Source: Octopus vulgaris (lineage: Eukaryota). From it: a DNA stretch of 64,000 nt. The stretch is taken from the NCBI GenBank assembly GCA_951406725.2, contig OX597840.1:22196001-22260000 (forward strand). The letters are read 5' to 3'. Both the position numbers and the translations under genes were made by a program. Of this stretch, positions 38,301 through 53,491 are shown piece after piece. Every line of letters begins with the position of its first letter. Positions within the stretch are counted from its first letter, which is position 1. The notes below the pieces were generated by a model that was not told the DNA's origin, did not search any database, and saw only the letters and a program-made list of their open reading frames with translations.

Positions 38301-40832
38301 TACACACATCTGCTAAGGCTTCTGTTTCGTTTTTAGTTAAAAGCACACAAACATAGGTTATAGCAGACAAGAATCGGCTGCCAAAGGCATTGGAATTTCA
38401 TGTCATGTGATTTCACCCTACTGGAAATCATCAGTGGGAGGCGTCCAGTCAAATCTTGCTGCTACAATATATAGAATATCAGCATCTTGTCAGACAGATG
38501 TTGCAAATAGCCAACAGGCTAATTAAAAATTAATTATTAGCAACAGAAGCTGTATTAATAGCAAAATGTAATCTTAATATCCAACTTAAGATGGATTGCC
38601 TTGTTAGAACACCAAATACTATTATTAGCCTTGAGATCCTCTCATTTTGCCACTTGATGCATAAAAGCACACACATACAAAGGGGTGCTGAAAAGTTGCT
38701 GATTTTAAGGGTACCGTAAAAGGCCTGGTTGAAGGCCCAACCTTCCGAGTTCTTTTACAGGGCTTAGAAAAACTGAAAGACAACTGGAATAAATGTGTGA
38801 ATCTGAGAGGGGAATATGTTGGATAAAATCTTAATTAACTGATCCTCCAGTTTTTTTTTCTTTTACCCAAAGCTTGAAACTTTTCAACACCCCTCATAGA
38901 CCATAGCAGATGATTCTCATCTGCTACAATCTATGTGTGAGCCTTTATGTATCAAGTGCCTTATAAGAGAAGATCTCTCAAAGCTAATAATGTAATATCT
39001 TAAGTTGGATATAAAGATGACCTTTTGATCTAAATTATAAATTTCCATGTAAATTTATGTTCTAAATACCAGCTTAATATCAGCAAAATTCTTTGAGTAA
39101 CTTCTTTGTTATTTTCACAATTAATTGAAACATAAACTATGTATTTCAACTGAAATATAGTCACAAAATAATTAAGAAAGAAAAAAACATTCAATCAAGG
39201 ACCAAAATAAAGTCAAGTTTAACCTTTTTGATGCTGCCCTATCGGAAATCACTCCTAGTTCTATGATGCAAATTTTATGAGTTAAACTGATCTAAATTAA
39301 AAACTGCCATCAAAATTTTATGCTAATTTATGTTCCAAATGCCAGATTAATTAATGACAAAGTTATTTTACTAATTGTAAAATCTCAAGAAGAGATCAGA
39401 ATAGTAACGATACCAAACAGTAGAGCGCCAGTCGCCACATCAGAGTGGCTGTTGAATGTTACTACTAGTTTAACCCCAGGCAGATTTTCCACCAGCTGGT
39501 TATCAGTGCAACACTCTGCACTCTTTAGCTTATTGCAAATCAGTGACTGATGGCCACTTGGTTTACAATATATTGTTAGCGGTAGTGGACTCTGGCTATC
39601 ACTCTGGCAAGAAGGTGGTTACGACTGAGGATGAGCCAAAGATCTCGAAACTGAGTCAGTCTTGTGATCCTGTTAGCTGCTAGAGGGTGGTAGGGATTCC
39701 CTCCCCCCTGCTGACAGTATATTGTATATAAAGGTTGCAGGGTGTCACATTGATAACCAGCTGGTGGAAAATCTGCCTGGGGTTAAACCTGTTGTAACAT
39801 TCAGCAGCCACTTTGATGTGGTGACTGACTTTACTGTTGCTTTACTAAATTCTTCATTAATTTCAAAATTAATTGAAGGAAAATTAATGTCATCATCATC
39901 ATCAGTCATCAAGATCCCACACCTGATGCAACCAGTCTTTGGGGTGCCACTCTAGGCACATTTGTAGTCAGCCATCACCATAGCTCTCTATTCTCTGTTG
40001 TCCAAGTAAGATTTTCTCGATTTTCCTCACTTGCCCACCTCCAGCTGTGCCCTGAAGAATGGCTTTAGCCCAGGGAGTTGTAGCAAGATACATGACCATA
40101 CCTGGCAAGCTTTTGTCTTTTTTTATCTGCGCTAGGAGTGGTTCCTGTCTGCCAGTATATGTTGACTTGCTGCCTGACAAAGCTGTTTGTTTTGTGCTCT
40201 GTGTAGCAGCCATTGTCTTTTCAGTGACAGTTGTAAGGGTCCATAGAGAAGGATCAAAGTTGCCAGAGTCTGGTACACTCTGAGTCTTGTTGGAAAACAA
40301 GGAGAAGCAGTGAAGCAGAACCACAGGAGCTTAGACATAAGACTGGAAAAAGTATCAGGAGCATACGAATGGGGATCAATTCAGAAAAGAGCAAAATCCT
40401 AGTCAATAGTAACAACCAAAAGACAGTATAGTGCTGAGCAGAGACAGACTTGATGAAGTGGAGAGCTTCAAGTACCTGGGATCCACTTTCATCAAGGACA
40501 GCATTTCTTGAAGGGAGATCACAACAAAAGTAGTGTGTTTCAACTGAAATATGATACCAAAAGGGTTAAACAACAACATTAGTATCCATAGTAGTTTACT
40601 AACTGCCCATTTTACCATTTACAAATTCTGTTTAATTTTGATTCATTTTCTTTTAACAGTCTTGGAGATGTGCGGAACTGTGATTTGGCAGGCAAAGAAT
40701 TTGGTAGGTTTCATTCTGTTGATCTTTGCTTTACACTTCAGTTATTTTTATTTTTTTAGCATAATAAATGCTGAGATGTGCGAAGGGATGTAAACACACA
40801 AACACCAGTTGTCAAGTGGTGGTGGGAACAAA

Positions 40833-40869
<37 letters not shown>

Positions 40870-43800
40870 ACATAGACAGTTTCCGTCTACCAAATTCACT
40901 CACAAGGCTTTGGTCAGCTCAAGGCTATAGTAGAAGACACTTGTCCAAGGTGCTATGCAGTAGGACTGAACCCGGAACCATATGGTTGGTAAGCAAGCTA
41001 CTTACTACACAGCCACACCTACACCTGATTGCCTTTATTACAAATGACAGTGAACTACTCCCAAATAGAATCTTGCTCCTGAAATAGGTTTGCAATGGCA
41101 CAGTTTGGGTCTTGGAATCAAGTACAAAGGAAGACCTTTTTTCTGTTATCTTTTACTTGTTTTAGTCATTAGACTGTGGCCATGCTGGGACACTGCCCTG
41201 AAGAATTTTACTAAAATAAATCAACCCCAGTACTTTGGTGAAGCCTGATACTTATTCTGTGCATCCCTTTTTTTGCCAAACTGCTAATTTACAGGGAAGC
41301 AAACACACCAACACCAGTTATCAAGCAATGGGGTGCAGGGGAGGCAAAATTCTTAGCCACACAGCTTTACCTGTACCTCTCAGTCTGTCTACTTATCTAT
41401 CTGTTTATACATTCTACATCTATTTTTCACAATGAACTACAACAGATCCATTTAACTGTGATATTTCATAAGCTAGAAATGACAGCAAGACTTTAGCAAA
41501 AATACCTGCAAAGATGGAGACAGAAAAAACATAGAGGGAAGCAGAAAGAAAGATATGTAAATATACAATGTATCAATACTCAATGTATGCTAGACCTGCT
41601 GCCAGAAATAGCAGCCAAATCTCCCTGAATCTCACATCTCTCTGTCTGTCTATTTTTCTATCTACTTATCTATCTGTATATATGTCTATTTGTCTATCTA
41701 TCTACTTATCTTTCTATTTGTCTATCTGTCTCTTTGTCTGTCTGTCTATAGATAGACAGACAGACAGACAGATATATATAAAACATATTTTTCTCAAATT
41801 CAGCTTCATGAACCATAACTGTACTTCCCTTTGCCATTTCTTCTAATAACCATTTCTAAATGTCTGCTTCTTCCATTGTTTTGATTACAGCTCAGAGACA
41901 CACAAGACAGTGTAATTATTTGGCATGGAACCCAATTGAATCAAATTTGGTAAGTTTCCAATAAAATCATTTTGATTTCATATTTTCCCTTTATTTTTTT
42001 TTTCTGTATCTGTAACCAAAATCAGTAGTTAAGTCAATGAATGAGTCTCTACCAGGTTGTTAAACCTGCCAGAAATTGCAGCCAAACTGCCCTCAAAGCA
42101 CATCCTATTGTAGAGCACAATTAAAAGAAGTCACACTGAAAAATGTAGTCCCTGATATTCCAGAAAGACATGATCGCAAGGCTGTTCTTCTGTTTACAAA
42201 ATTACAAGTCAAGAAACACTTAAGACAAAGAGAAAGTAGTAAATCATTCATAAAAATGCATCACCCACACACACACACATTGACTTTTATGAGGAAAAGA
42301 CAAACAACGACTTAGAAGTTTCACCTTCAATCAAACTGACGCCCTTTATGTTAATGAGCCAAATACCCTGACCCCCAAGCCATGGGCCTTCATGCTCCCT
42401 ACTCACAGAACTTTCTATCTATTCACTAAAGTTAATATAGCTAAGACAATGAGTGTTCCAGTTGATCCAATGAAGAGAACAGCCTGCTCATGAAATTAAC
42501 ATGTAAGTGGCTGAGTACTCCACAGACATGTTCTTAGGGAGATTTAGCATAACACAGAATGTGACATGGTTGACCTTTTTGACTTACATCTGAGTGGATT
42601 GTAGCAACATGAAATAAAGTGTCTGGCTCAAGGACACAACACACCACTATGATTTGAACTCATGACCTTACAATTATAAGCCATACATCCTAACCACTAA
42701 GCCATGCACCTTCATGCTACCCACTCACATAACTTTCTATCTCTTCACTATAGTTGATTAAAAAACTTGAAATACTGTCTGTCCAGGACCCCTATGTCTC
42801 AGTCTACCTTTTTGGAATCATGAGGATTCCAGGATTGAAAATCTGTTCTTCATTCGGTTCTTGAACATCTAGCTTTGGGACCTGATTTAAAAGCATTTGG
42901 GTTGCTATTTCTAGCAGGTAAATCTTGGTTGGCATTTGTCAGATGACATCAGAGATGAGGGGGAGAGATAAATAACATTCACTTCGTTAATTTTACATCG
43001 TGATAAGAACTTTGGGACAAATTGGCCAAAAGTTGGGATTGAACTTGCAACTGGAACAATAGAATGATTTCATCACAGAATTAATTCCCATCCATCCTTA
43101 ACCTCTGATCAAACATCCCCTGAGGCCTATAAGTCATTATAGATGTGTTATAGTCATGCTTCTTAGCTCTGTTTTGTTTTGCCCAATTAACCCTCCACAG
43201 GAGCTGGCTTAAAAGTCTGCACAGAGCACGGCTTTTAAGCTGGTCATTGATGTAGCTACTCTACCTGTTCACTGTTTAACATTATTACATTGTCTTCTGT
43301 TGTCTTCTATTCCAGCTGGCGGCTGGACTTGAGAAAAACCGACACGATGGTTGCATTGCGATCTGGGACGTGAACAGCAAGTCTGTAGAATCGGCAATGC
43401 CTCTTGAAAGAAAACATTATGCTCCTAATGAAGTGACGAAACCATATTTAGATATTGGTAAGATTAACATTTCTGTGTGAATTTGATGGTGGTGGGGATG
43501 GTTGTGTCATTCTTTTATTTGTTTCACTCATTTGACTGCGGCCATGCTGGAGCACTGCCTTTAGTCAAACAAATCAACCCCAGGTCTTATTCTTTGTAAG
43601 CCTAGTACTTATCATATCGGTCTCTTTTGCCGAACTGCTAAGTTACGGGGGTGTAAACACACCAGCATCAGTTGTCAAGCGAATGTGGGGGGACAGACAC
43701 AGACACACAAACATATATATGTGTGTATATATATGTATGTATATATATGTATGTGTGTATATATATATATATATATATGTGACAGGCTTCTTTCAGTTTC

Positions 43801-45940
43801 CGTCTACCAAATCCACTCACAAGGCTTTGGTCGACCCAATTCTATAGTAGAAGACACTTGCCCAAGGTGCCATGCAGTGGGACTGAACCCAGAACTATAT
43901 GGTTGGTAAGGAAACTACTTACCACACAGCCACTCCTTGACTTTTTTTAACTTTTCTCTGTTTCAGTCATTATACCTCTGCCATGCTGGAGCACTGCATG
44001 AAGAACATTTTAGTCGAATGAAATGACTCCATTGATTAGGTTATTCACCAAAGAAGTGCCCCAGCATGGTCACAGTCTAATATCTGAAACAAATATAAGA
44101 TAAAAATGTGTTGTGTATGCATGTGTGTGTTTGTCAGTGTGTAACTTAGACACACACACACATACGCATTCTAAGTTATGATGATGTCTCTGAGATCACT
44201 AACTTGGAACGACCGCTGCCCCATCAAGCAAGTGCATGAAGCCAAGCGAGGTGCCCCAGTATGACCACAGTCTAAGGACTGAAACAAGTAAAACATAAAA
44301 GATATCTCAACAAAAAACAATTTCAAACTTGATATACCTCCAAAAAGGATAGATCGTCATCATCATCATCATCATCATTGTTTAATGTCTGTCTTCCGTA
44401 GTGGCATGGTTGGACAGTTGGAGAGGAACCTGCACCAGATTTCTGTATCTGATTTGGCAGGGTTTTTACAGCTGGATGACCTTCCAAACGCCAACCACTT
44501 TACACTGTGGACTGGATGCTTTTTACGTAGTATCAGCATTGAATAAAATCCTGGAGATCCCAGGCATTAATAAAGCTTTCCAGAGATAAGGGAAATGAAA
44601 TTTTGAGTGAAAATGTCTGATTTCTGCAATTAAAGGATTAATCAATTGTATTCTAATATCTCAGAAATATTCTTTGTTTTCTCTAGGAATATCGGAATTT
44701 AGTACTTCATTTTGCTGGCAGCCAAGAGAATCGAAGACATTTGTAGCTGGAGTGAATAAATGCCTGCGTGTTTATGATATTCGAGGTGAGTTGTGAGTTC
44801 CATTGCCAAAACTTTGCTACAACTTTCAGATTTGAACTTTCCAGACTGTTAACCATAGCTTTAGAGATGAAATGTTTTTAAGAATAATTCCAAACACACA
44901 CACACACAGATGTGTGCATGCATATATACAAGGTGCAGTGAACATATTGTCATCTAAATTACACAAAAATGAAAATAACACTGACGCTTCCTTTTAACAG
45001 ATATATTTACCAAAATTACATAAAAGTATCTTGAAATACTAAAGAGTAAAACTGTTAGTTTTAAATTTATGAATGAGGTCTAAGTAATAACTATACTTCA
45101 TAGTAAAATCTATTTGTCAACATAAGGTGACAGTCCTGCATAGGACCATGTTATTACCTTTTAACCCCTGGAAAACATCTTTTCCAGCTGGTTATCGACA
45201 CACAATCTGTGTCTGAAATATACTGTGTAAATTTCTTCAATAAAATCGCCATTGGTTTCAACCACAGCCTCCAGACAACTTTGGAATCTCCTGCAACTCA
45301 TCTGGACAATCTCCTTGTTTAAGTTGGCGAATGCTCCCATAATCCGTGCCTTCAGTTCATCTTTGGTGTTACAAGGAATTTTGTTAGTCTCTCGCTTAAC
45401 TGTGCTGCACGCATAATAACCAAGGGAGTTGCTGTCTGGGGAGTTAAGGGGCCAGATGTTAGGGGTTGATGTGGTTGCAGAAATTATCTGACAGCCATAA
45501 CTAGGTTCTCCTGCTTGTGTCACAAGGTGCAGTGTCCTGATGCCAAACCTAAGGTCTTCCAGCAGCCACCCTCTTGACCCAGGGCAACACTACCTCCTCC
45601 AGGCACTTGATGTAGGCCTCTGTATTCAATCTGAGGCCATGTGCAAGGATGAATGGAGGCATGACATCACCATCACTAGTGTTCACTCCAAACACCATGA
45701 TGTTGACTGAATGTTTGATTTTTATCACCCTTGGTGCACATCTCCTCAAATTGAAACTCAAACACTCGCAACTGGAGCTTTCGGTGTGAATGCCAATAGG
45801 TACAGAACATCGTTTCCCAATTTCTGGCTGAGTGAATTGCGTCATGGTGCTGTTTTTCTCACAGACAGTGTCCGACTGCCCTTACTATACTGTGTAGTCA
45901 GCAAAATAAAAAATATAAAACAGCAACAATTTATCCATCA

Positions 45941-46013
<73 letters not shown>

Positions 46014-49000
46014 GAGGCACTAGTGTGGCTGTGTAGTAAGAAACTTGCTTCCCAACTACATGGTTCTTGGTTCAGTCCCACTGCCTTGCACCTTAGGCAA
46101 GTGTCTTCTAGTATAGCCGTGGGCCAACCAAAGTCTGTGAGTGAATTTGGTAGACAGAACCTGAAAGAAGCCCACCCTGGGTGTGTATGTGTGTAAAGGT
46201 AAGGTAAAGATAGCTTCTCAAGGCATACCAACTCATAAGGTGTATATATTCCCCACATACACACCTGTATAGGACGCCAGTCCATTGCAGGATTACTCAT
46301 TTTTGCCACCTGAGTGGACCGGAGCAACATGTCGCCCAGTCCATGAATTGAAACCGTGATCTGATCATGAGTCCAACACCCTAACCACTAAGCCATGCAC
46401 TTCCATTTTGAGTGTATCTGTGCGTTTTTGTGCCTGTGTTCATCCGCACATACCACTTGACAACTGGTGTTGGTGTGTTTACATCCCTTTACATAGCAGT
46501 TCTGCAAAAGAGACCAACAGAATAAAAACTAAGCTTTAAAAAAATACGTCCTGAGGTCTATTTGTTTGACTAAAACCCTTCAAAACAGTGCTCCAGCATG
46601 GCTACATTCAAATGACTGAAACAAATAAAAAAAAATCAGTAAATAAATAACATTGGTGCCATCTTTTTTTCTCTTTTAACGTAAACCTTTGTTGTATTTT
46701 ATAGAATCTACGAAACCCCAGTTGTCCACAAACACCAAAGCTCTTTATGGCATATCTATTGATCCTTTGTTCCCAAACAGAGTGGTTTCCTTTACAGAGG
46801 TAAGCTTTCCCCTCTCACTGAAATTTCTCAATTATTTTTGTAATCTCAACTAATTAACCCTTGAACATTTAAACTGGCCATATACAACCCAAATATTCTT
46901 CCTGACCAGATCTTACCTCTCACACTTACTCTACAATGGCATTCATCATCATCGTTTAATGTCTGTCGTCCATGTTAGCATGGATCAGATGGTTTGACCA
47001 GAACTGGAAAGCTGCACCAGGCTCTAGTTTGCTTTGGCCTGCTTTCTAACAGCTGGAGGCCGTTCCTAACACCAACCACTTTACAGAGTGTATTGGGTGC
47101 TTTTATGTGGCACCAGCACAAGACTCTTGCTGGCCAATCCTACATTTCTGCTGTAGAGGAGAGGTCTTACATCATCAAAATCCCAAAGTTACAAAATGAT
47201 AAATTATTAATTAAAAACAATGTGAATAAAAAACATTACATTTGACCTGGTGATCAGAATGCTAAAGGATTAAACACTTAAAACCAGTTAACACCAACCC
47301 ACACTAAATCCAGATCTGGTCCAAAGATTAAAAACCTCCTATTTTAACTTTTTGTTACCATATTTCAGTTGAAATATCTACAGCTTTTCATTCAGTTAGT
47401 TTTTAAAATAATTACTAATTTAGTAAAATAACTTTGTCATTGTTAAGCTGATGCATGGAACCTAAATTAACAGGAAATTTTTATTTCTATCCTTTTTTTA
47501 GGACAGTGTTTGTATGTGTGTGTGTGTGTTTGTCAGTATATATGTATGTGTTTCTATGTTGGTGTTTGTGTGTGCTTGTATGTCAATGGTTGCATGTGAG
47601 AGTGTGTGTGTTGTCAGTGTGTGTGCGTGTATCATTACAAGTGTGTGTGGTTGTATGTCGGTGTTTGCATATGAGAGTGTGTGCATGTGTATTGTCAGTG
47701 TATATATGTTTGTGTATCAGTCCCTCTGTGCATGTGTGTGTGTATCACTTGGTGTATGTATAACATTGTCCATGTATGTATATGCTTGTGTGTTAAGGCG
47801 GCGAGCTGCCAGAAACGTTAGCACGCCAGGCGAAATGCGTAGCCGTATTTCATCTGTCGTTACGTTCTGAGTTCAAATTCTGCCGAGGTCAACTTTGCCT
47901 TTCATCCTTTCGGGGTCGATAAATTAAGTATCAGTTACGCACTGGGGTCGATATAATCGACTTAATCCGTCTGTCTGTCCTTGTTTGTCTCCTCTGTGTT
48001 TAGCCCCTTGTGGGTAGCAAAGAAACAGGTATTTGCTTGTGTGTGTCTCTTACTATCAGTATAGGCAGCCAGTGTTTGGACCTGTTTTTCATTCAGATAT
48101 TCAGACATAATCTCTTTCATTCATCTTGGATTTTAAATAACTGTTTTTTTTTGTTTTTTTTTTCAGAATCAAGTATTTATCTGGAATCTTAGAAACCTAG
48201 ATGATCCTGTATCCTTTTGCTGCACACTGTTTCTTAATATCAGGGCCCAGGAAGTAGGGACCAGGTGTCAGAGGAACAGCAGAATTGATAAGACCTCTGC
48301 CAAAATCCCTTACCAATTTTAATGTGTTTAATTGTGTATATTAGGGGACGTGAAGGAGCGTGGCCTAGTGGTTAGGCAGTTGCACTCACGATCGCTACAT
48401 CGTGGGTTCAATTTCCTGACTGGCTGGCGCATTGTGTTCTTGAGCAAAACACTTCATTTCGTGTTGCTCCAGTTCCCTTTTCAATCAGGGAAGAATGTTA
48501 GCCTGCTTGCCTAGCCAGCAGGTTGGCATCATTCGAAGGCTTAAACAGTGCAAAATGCATTGTGACCAGCGATGTGTAACAACATCAGATATCCTGGTCA
48601 GTCAAGTGATATTAGGGGACATTTACCTTTTTTCAGTCCACTGCAGGACAAAGGCCTCAGCATGTTTCCCTTCACCAGAGAATGGCTTGAGATCCTACTG
48701 GTTTATTGAGCCTACTCTGCCACACTGGCTCCACATGGCTTGGCAGAGGAATACAATTTCTAGACTCATACCCAGGAGTAGTTAAGTCAATTACAGTCAA
48801 CCTCAGTACTCAACTGGTACTTATTTTAGCAACCCCAAAAGGATAAAAGCAAAATTGATCTCATTGGAATTTGAACTCAGAACGTAAAGATGAACAACTT
48901 GCTGCTGAGCAGTTTTCCAGGCATGCTGATGATTCCACCAACTCATTGACGTTCGTTACCATATTTCAATTAAACTATATTAACTTTGTTTCAATTAATT

Positions 49001-51505
49001 TTTAAAATAATGAAGAATTTACTAAAATAACTTTGTCACTATTAAGCTGCTCTTTGGGACATACATTGAGGTGGAATTTTCATGAAAGGTTTTTGATTTA
49101 AAACAGGAAGTTTGTATCATAGAATCAGGATCAGTCTCAGAGAAGTTGGTTTTAAAAGTGGAGATGAAATTAGTTGGGTAGTTTTATACAGGAGTGTAAG
49201 ACTGAATTAATGGTAAAAGAATAGAATATATTAGTGATTCTTTTGGGGGAGGTCATATTAAACTTGAGGTTGCATTTTGTTCAGACATATTACAAGTAAA
49301 AAAGGAGTAAACTAAACTTGTTGAGTCATGCTGACTCATAAGGGCCAGTTTCTTGGTTTCCATGGCATATACATTCCCCCTCCTGGACGGGACGCCAGCC
49401 ATCGCAGGATTACTCATTTTTGCCAGCTGAGTGGACTGGAGCAATATGTTCTGCTCAAGAACACAGCACATTGCCCAGTCCAGGAATGAAAACCATAATC
49501 TTTTGATCGTGAGTCCAACATCTTAACCACTGAGTCACTTGCTTCCACTCAAGTTGCAGGTGCCTCACACTGACTCGTAACTTGAATAGTACAGGATTAA
49601 TAAACTTGTATCATTTATATTAATGTAGAGATACCTGTAATTCATTGAACTATTTAAGTAAATTTAATATTTAACTTAGAGGCAGGATGGCAAGTTGGCA
49701 GAATTGTTAGCATGCTGAGCAAGATGTTTAACAGTGTTTCATCTGTCTTTACATTCTGGGTTCAAATTCCACCCAGATCAGCTTTGCCTTTCAGCCTTTC
49801 TAGGTCATTAAAATAAGTACCATTTGACTACTGGGTCAATGTAATTGACTTACTTACCATTTCCTGAAACTGCTGGCCTTGTGTGATATTTGAATTTTCC
49901 AATGGTTAAATAAATTTCATCAGACTATTTCTCTTGTCATTTATACCTTTATACACTCCTTCTCGTTTTCTCTTGTATTGTATGATATATTATAAATGCT
50001 TTGTAGAGCAATATATTAAGGAGCTTCTTTTAGGAGTAGTGCTGGATTACTTGAATCCATATATTGTGACTTGAATAAATACGTATACATACATGATGGG
50101 CTGCTTTCAGTTTCCGTCTACCAAATCCATTGTCGAGACTTTGGTTGACCCAAGGCTATAATAGAAGACACTTGCCCAGGGTGCCATGCAGTGAGACTGA
50201 ACCAGGGACCATATGATTGGGAAGCGAATTTCTTATTACAGTCATGCCTGACTCTAGTCTAAGGCTGAAAACTCTTGCCCACAAGGTGAGATTTGTTGCA
50301 AAATGTTGACAGGCAATGGGTGACCATGAATAGACTGACTCTTAGAATTCTATCTTCAAGTTCACAGTTGTTGTTCTTTAACTTGTTCTCCAGGAATTTA
50401 CAATCTCTGAATTAAAACCTGTACAGAAAGTCAGTTGGTGCCCCACACGGTGAGTGTAGCAGCTTATTTATTAATGTGTGTGTGTGTGTGTCTATTAACC
50501 GTTAATCCAGGCATGTTTTTTTGCCTCTTTTCATTCCTTTTCTTGGAAGAGAACAGGTTTGAAACATCAAAGATTTCTTTCATTTTTCCTGAATGTCAAA
50601 CTCATACACCATGTTTGTTGTTCCCTCACCTGTCTCTGTCTTTAGTTTTTTTTGTACAATTTTGAACTCTATGTATGTGCGTGTGTGTGTCTATATTATC
50701 ATCATCATCATACGTCCATTTTCCATGCTGGCATGGGTTGGATGGTTTGACTGAAAACTGGTAATCCGGGGAGCTGCACCAGGTCCCAATCTTGATCTGG
50801 CAGGGTTTCTACAGCTGGATGCCCTTCCTAATGCCAACCACTTCATGAGCATAGTGGGTGTTTTTTACATGCCACCAGCATGGGTGCCAGTCAGACGGCA
50901 TTGGTATCGGCCACGACTATGCTTTCACTCGGCTCAACAGGTCTTCACAAGCACAGCATATCACCCAATGTTTGAAGGGTGCTTTTAATGGACCAGTTAT
51001 GTGACACACATACGTACATAGATATATATATATATCATCATCGTCATCAGTTAGCGTCCGTTTTCCTTGCTAGCATGGGTTGGACGGTTCAACTGGGGTC
51101 TGTGAAGCCACAAGGCTGCACCAGGCCTAGTCTGATCTGGTAGTGTTTCTACGGCTGGATGCCCTTCCTAACGCCAACCACTCCGCGAGTGTGGTTGGCA
51201 TTATCATGTGACCGACCAGGTTATCAGATGTTGCTACACATCGCTGGTCACAATGCGCTTCGCATTGGTTTAGCCTTCAAATGACGCCACCCTGCTGGCT
51301 AAGCGAGCAGGCCAACAGAAGAAAGAGTGAGAGAAAGTTGTGGCGAAAGAGTACAGCAGGGATCGCCACCACCCCCTGCTGGAGCCTCATGGAGCTTTAG
51401 GTGTTTTCGCTCAATAAACACTCACAATGCCCGGTCTGGGAATCGAAACCGCGATCCTACAACTGCGAGTTCACTGCCCTAACCACTGGGCCATTGTGCC
51501 CCCCC

Positions 51506-51556
<51 letters not shown>

Positions 51557-53452
51557 TATATGTATATATATATCATCATCATTGTTTAACATCCGCCTTA
51601 CATGCTGGCATGGGTTGAACGATTTGAAGCAAGATTCTCATTGCACAGTGCAAGTCATCGTCATCATCATCATCGTTGAAATCAATAATTAATACATTTA
51701 GTAACTATAAATTTTGCTTATTATTAAAATGTCCCTTGTTATGTTTTTCTCCTTTCAGGGTTGGTTTCCTCAGTATTCTGTGTAAAGATAGCTCAACAAT
51801 TCAACACTGTGATATTATCCACACTTCTGATGGTAAACGATCGTTTTTTGTTTCTCTTCAGTTTTTCTTTTCAATAATCTCCTCTCCTGTTTCCAGATTT
51901 CTAGAATTCTCTCCAGCTACCTGCTTGACAAACTTCACAAACCTATGCATGCTCAACCAGCTAAAAATGGTGGCTAAATTGACCTCAAATTACATTCTAT
52001 CATCTGAACCTTTTTGTTACCATATTTCTTTTGAAATTAAGATAATCTGAAAAGTTGTCGTTTGTAAGAAGTGTCTCTGGGGGCATCTCTGCTTCTTGTG
52101 GAGGAGGAACAAAAGGCTTACTCATATTCTTTGTGCAGCCCATGCTGGGACACTGTCTTAAAGGGTTTTAGTCAAATATATTGCCACCAATACTTATTTT
52201 TCAGGTCTGGTTCTTATTATATCAGTGTCTTTAGCTGTACCGCTTAGTCATGAGATTGAAAAGAAAGACACATATACAGTGGGCTTCCACACAGTTTCAG
52301 TTTACCAAATTTACTCACAAGGCATATGTCTCAAACTATTTCTTTCTTATTTACTCTTCTAGGCCCAGATGATCTTGAGCCAGCTTACATTCAAAGATAT
52401 ACACCCTGTAAGTATCATCACCATCATGATCGTTATCACCATCACCATCATCATCATCACCACCACCATCATCACCATCACCACCACCATCATCACCACC
52501 ACCATCATCACCATCATGATCGTCATCATCACCACCATCATCACCATCAATCCTCACTTTCTTTTTCAAGTCAAACTTGAACAAGTTGATGAGGGTTTGG
52601 CTAAAGAGGAAAGCATCTGTCTTCGGCCCTTTCAGTCTGATCCATCAAACAAACTCTTTCACTAAGTATTTACATATTGATAATCCTTTCTACTAAAGGC
52701 ACAAAGCCTGAAATTTGAGGGGAGGGGTGCAGTCGATTACATCGATCCCCAGTATTCAACTGGTACTTATTTTCTTGATCCTGAAAGGATGAAAGCCAAA
52801 GTCAACCTCAGTGGAATTTGAACTCAGAACATCAAGGTAGACAAAATGTCCCTAAGCACTCAGTGTGCTAACAATTTTGCCAGCTGGCCACCTTGGAATA
52901 CATCTGATGATCCTTTCTATGATAGGCACAAGGTCTGAAATTTATGGGGAGGGGTAGGTCAATCACATCAACCCCAGTACGTGACTGGTACTTAATTTAT
53001 TGACCCCAAAAGGTTGAAAGGCAAAGTTGACATCAATGAAATTTGAACTCAGAACATAAAGACGGATGAAATGCCAGCAAGCATTTTAACCAGCGTGCTA
53101 ATGGCTCTGCCAGCTCCCCCCACCCCTTTATTTACACATCGATCATTAAAACACACACACACACATATACATTATAATCAGATACACAACACATATACAC
53201 ACACACACGTATATACATTTACTTAATAACCATACAAACACACACAATTATATAATGTTCATATATACACACAGTATAATGATCATAGACTACATATACA
53301 CACACACAACACATACATGCTCTCTCTTGTTCATCCTATCTCTCTCTCTCCCTATCTCTCTTTATGCCAATCTGTCCCTCTTTATCTCTGGTTCTAGATG
53401 CTTCTCTCCTTTCTGTATCCTTCTCTTTTCTCTCATTCTCATTCACTCATGC

Positions 53453-53491
<39 letters not shown>

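Noticed and set aside
50535-50575. Fifth hammerhead-like remnant (cttggaagag...gaaacatcaaag)
   Set aside because: CUGA core and stem II are disrupted; at most a dead copy.
52326-52665. Poly-His/poly-Asp/Gly ORFs
   Set aside because: Trinucleotide repeat downstream of the exon 12 donor.
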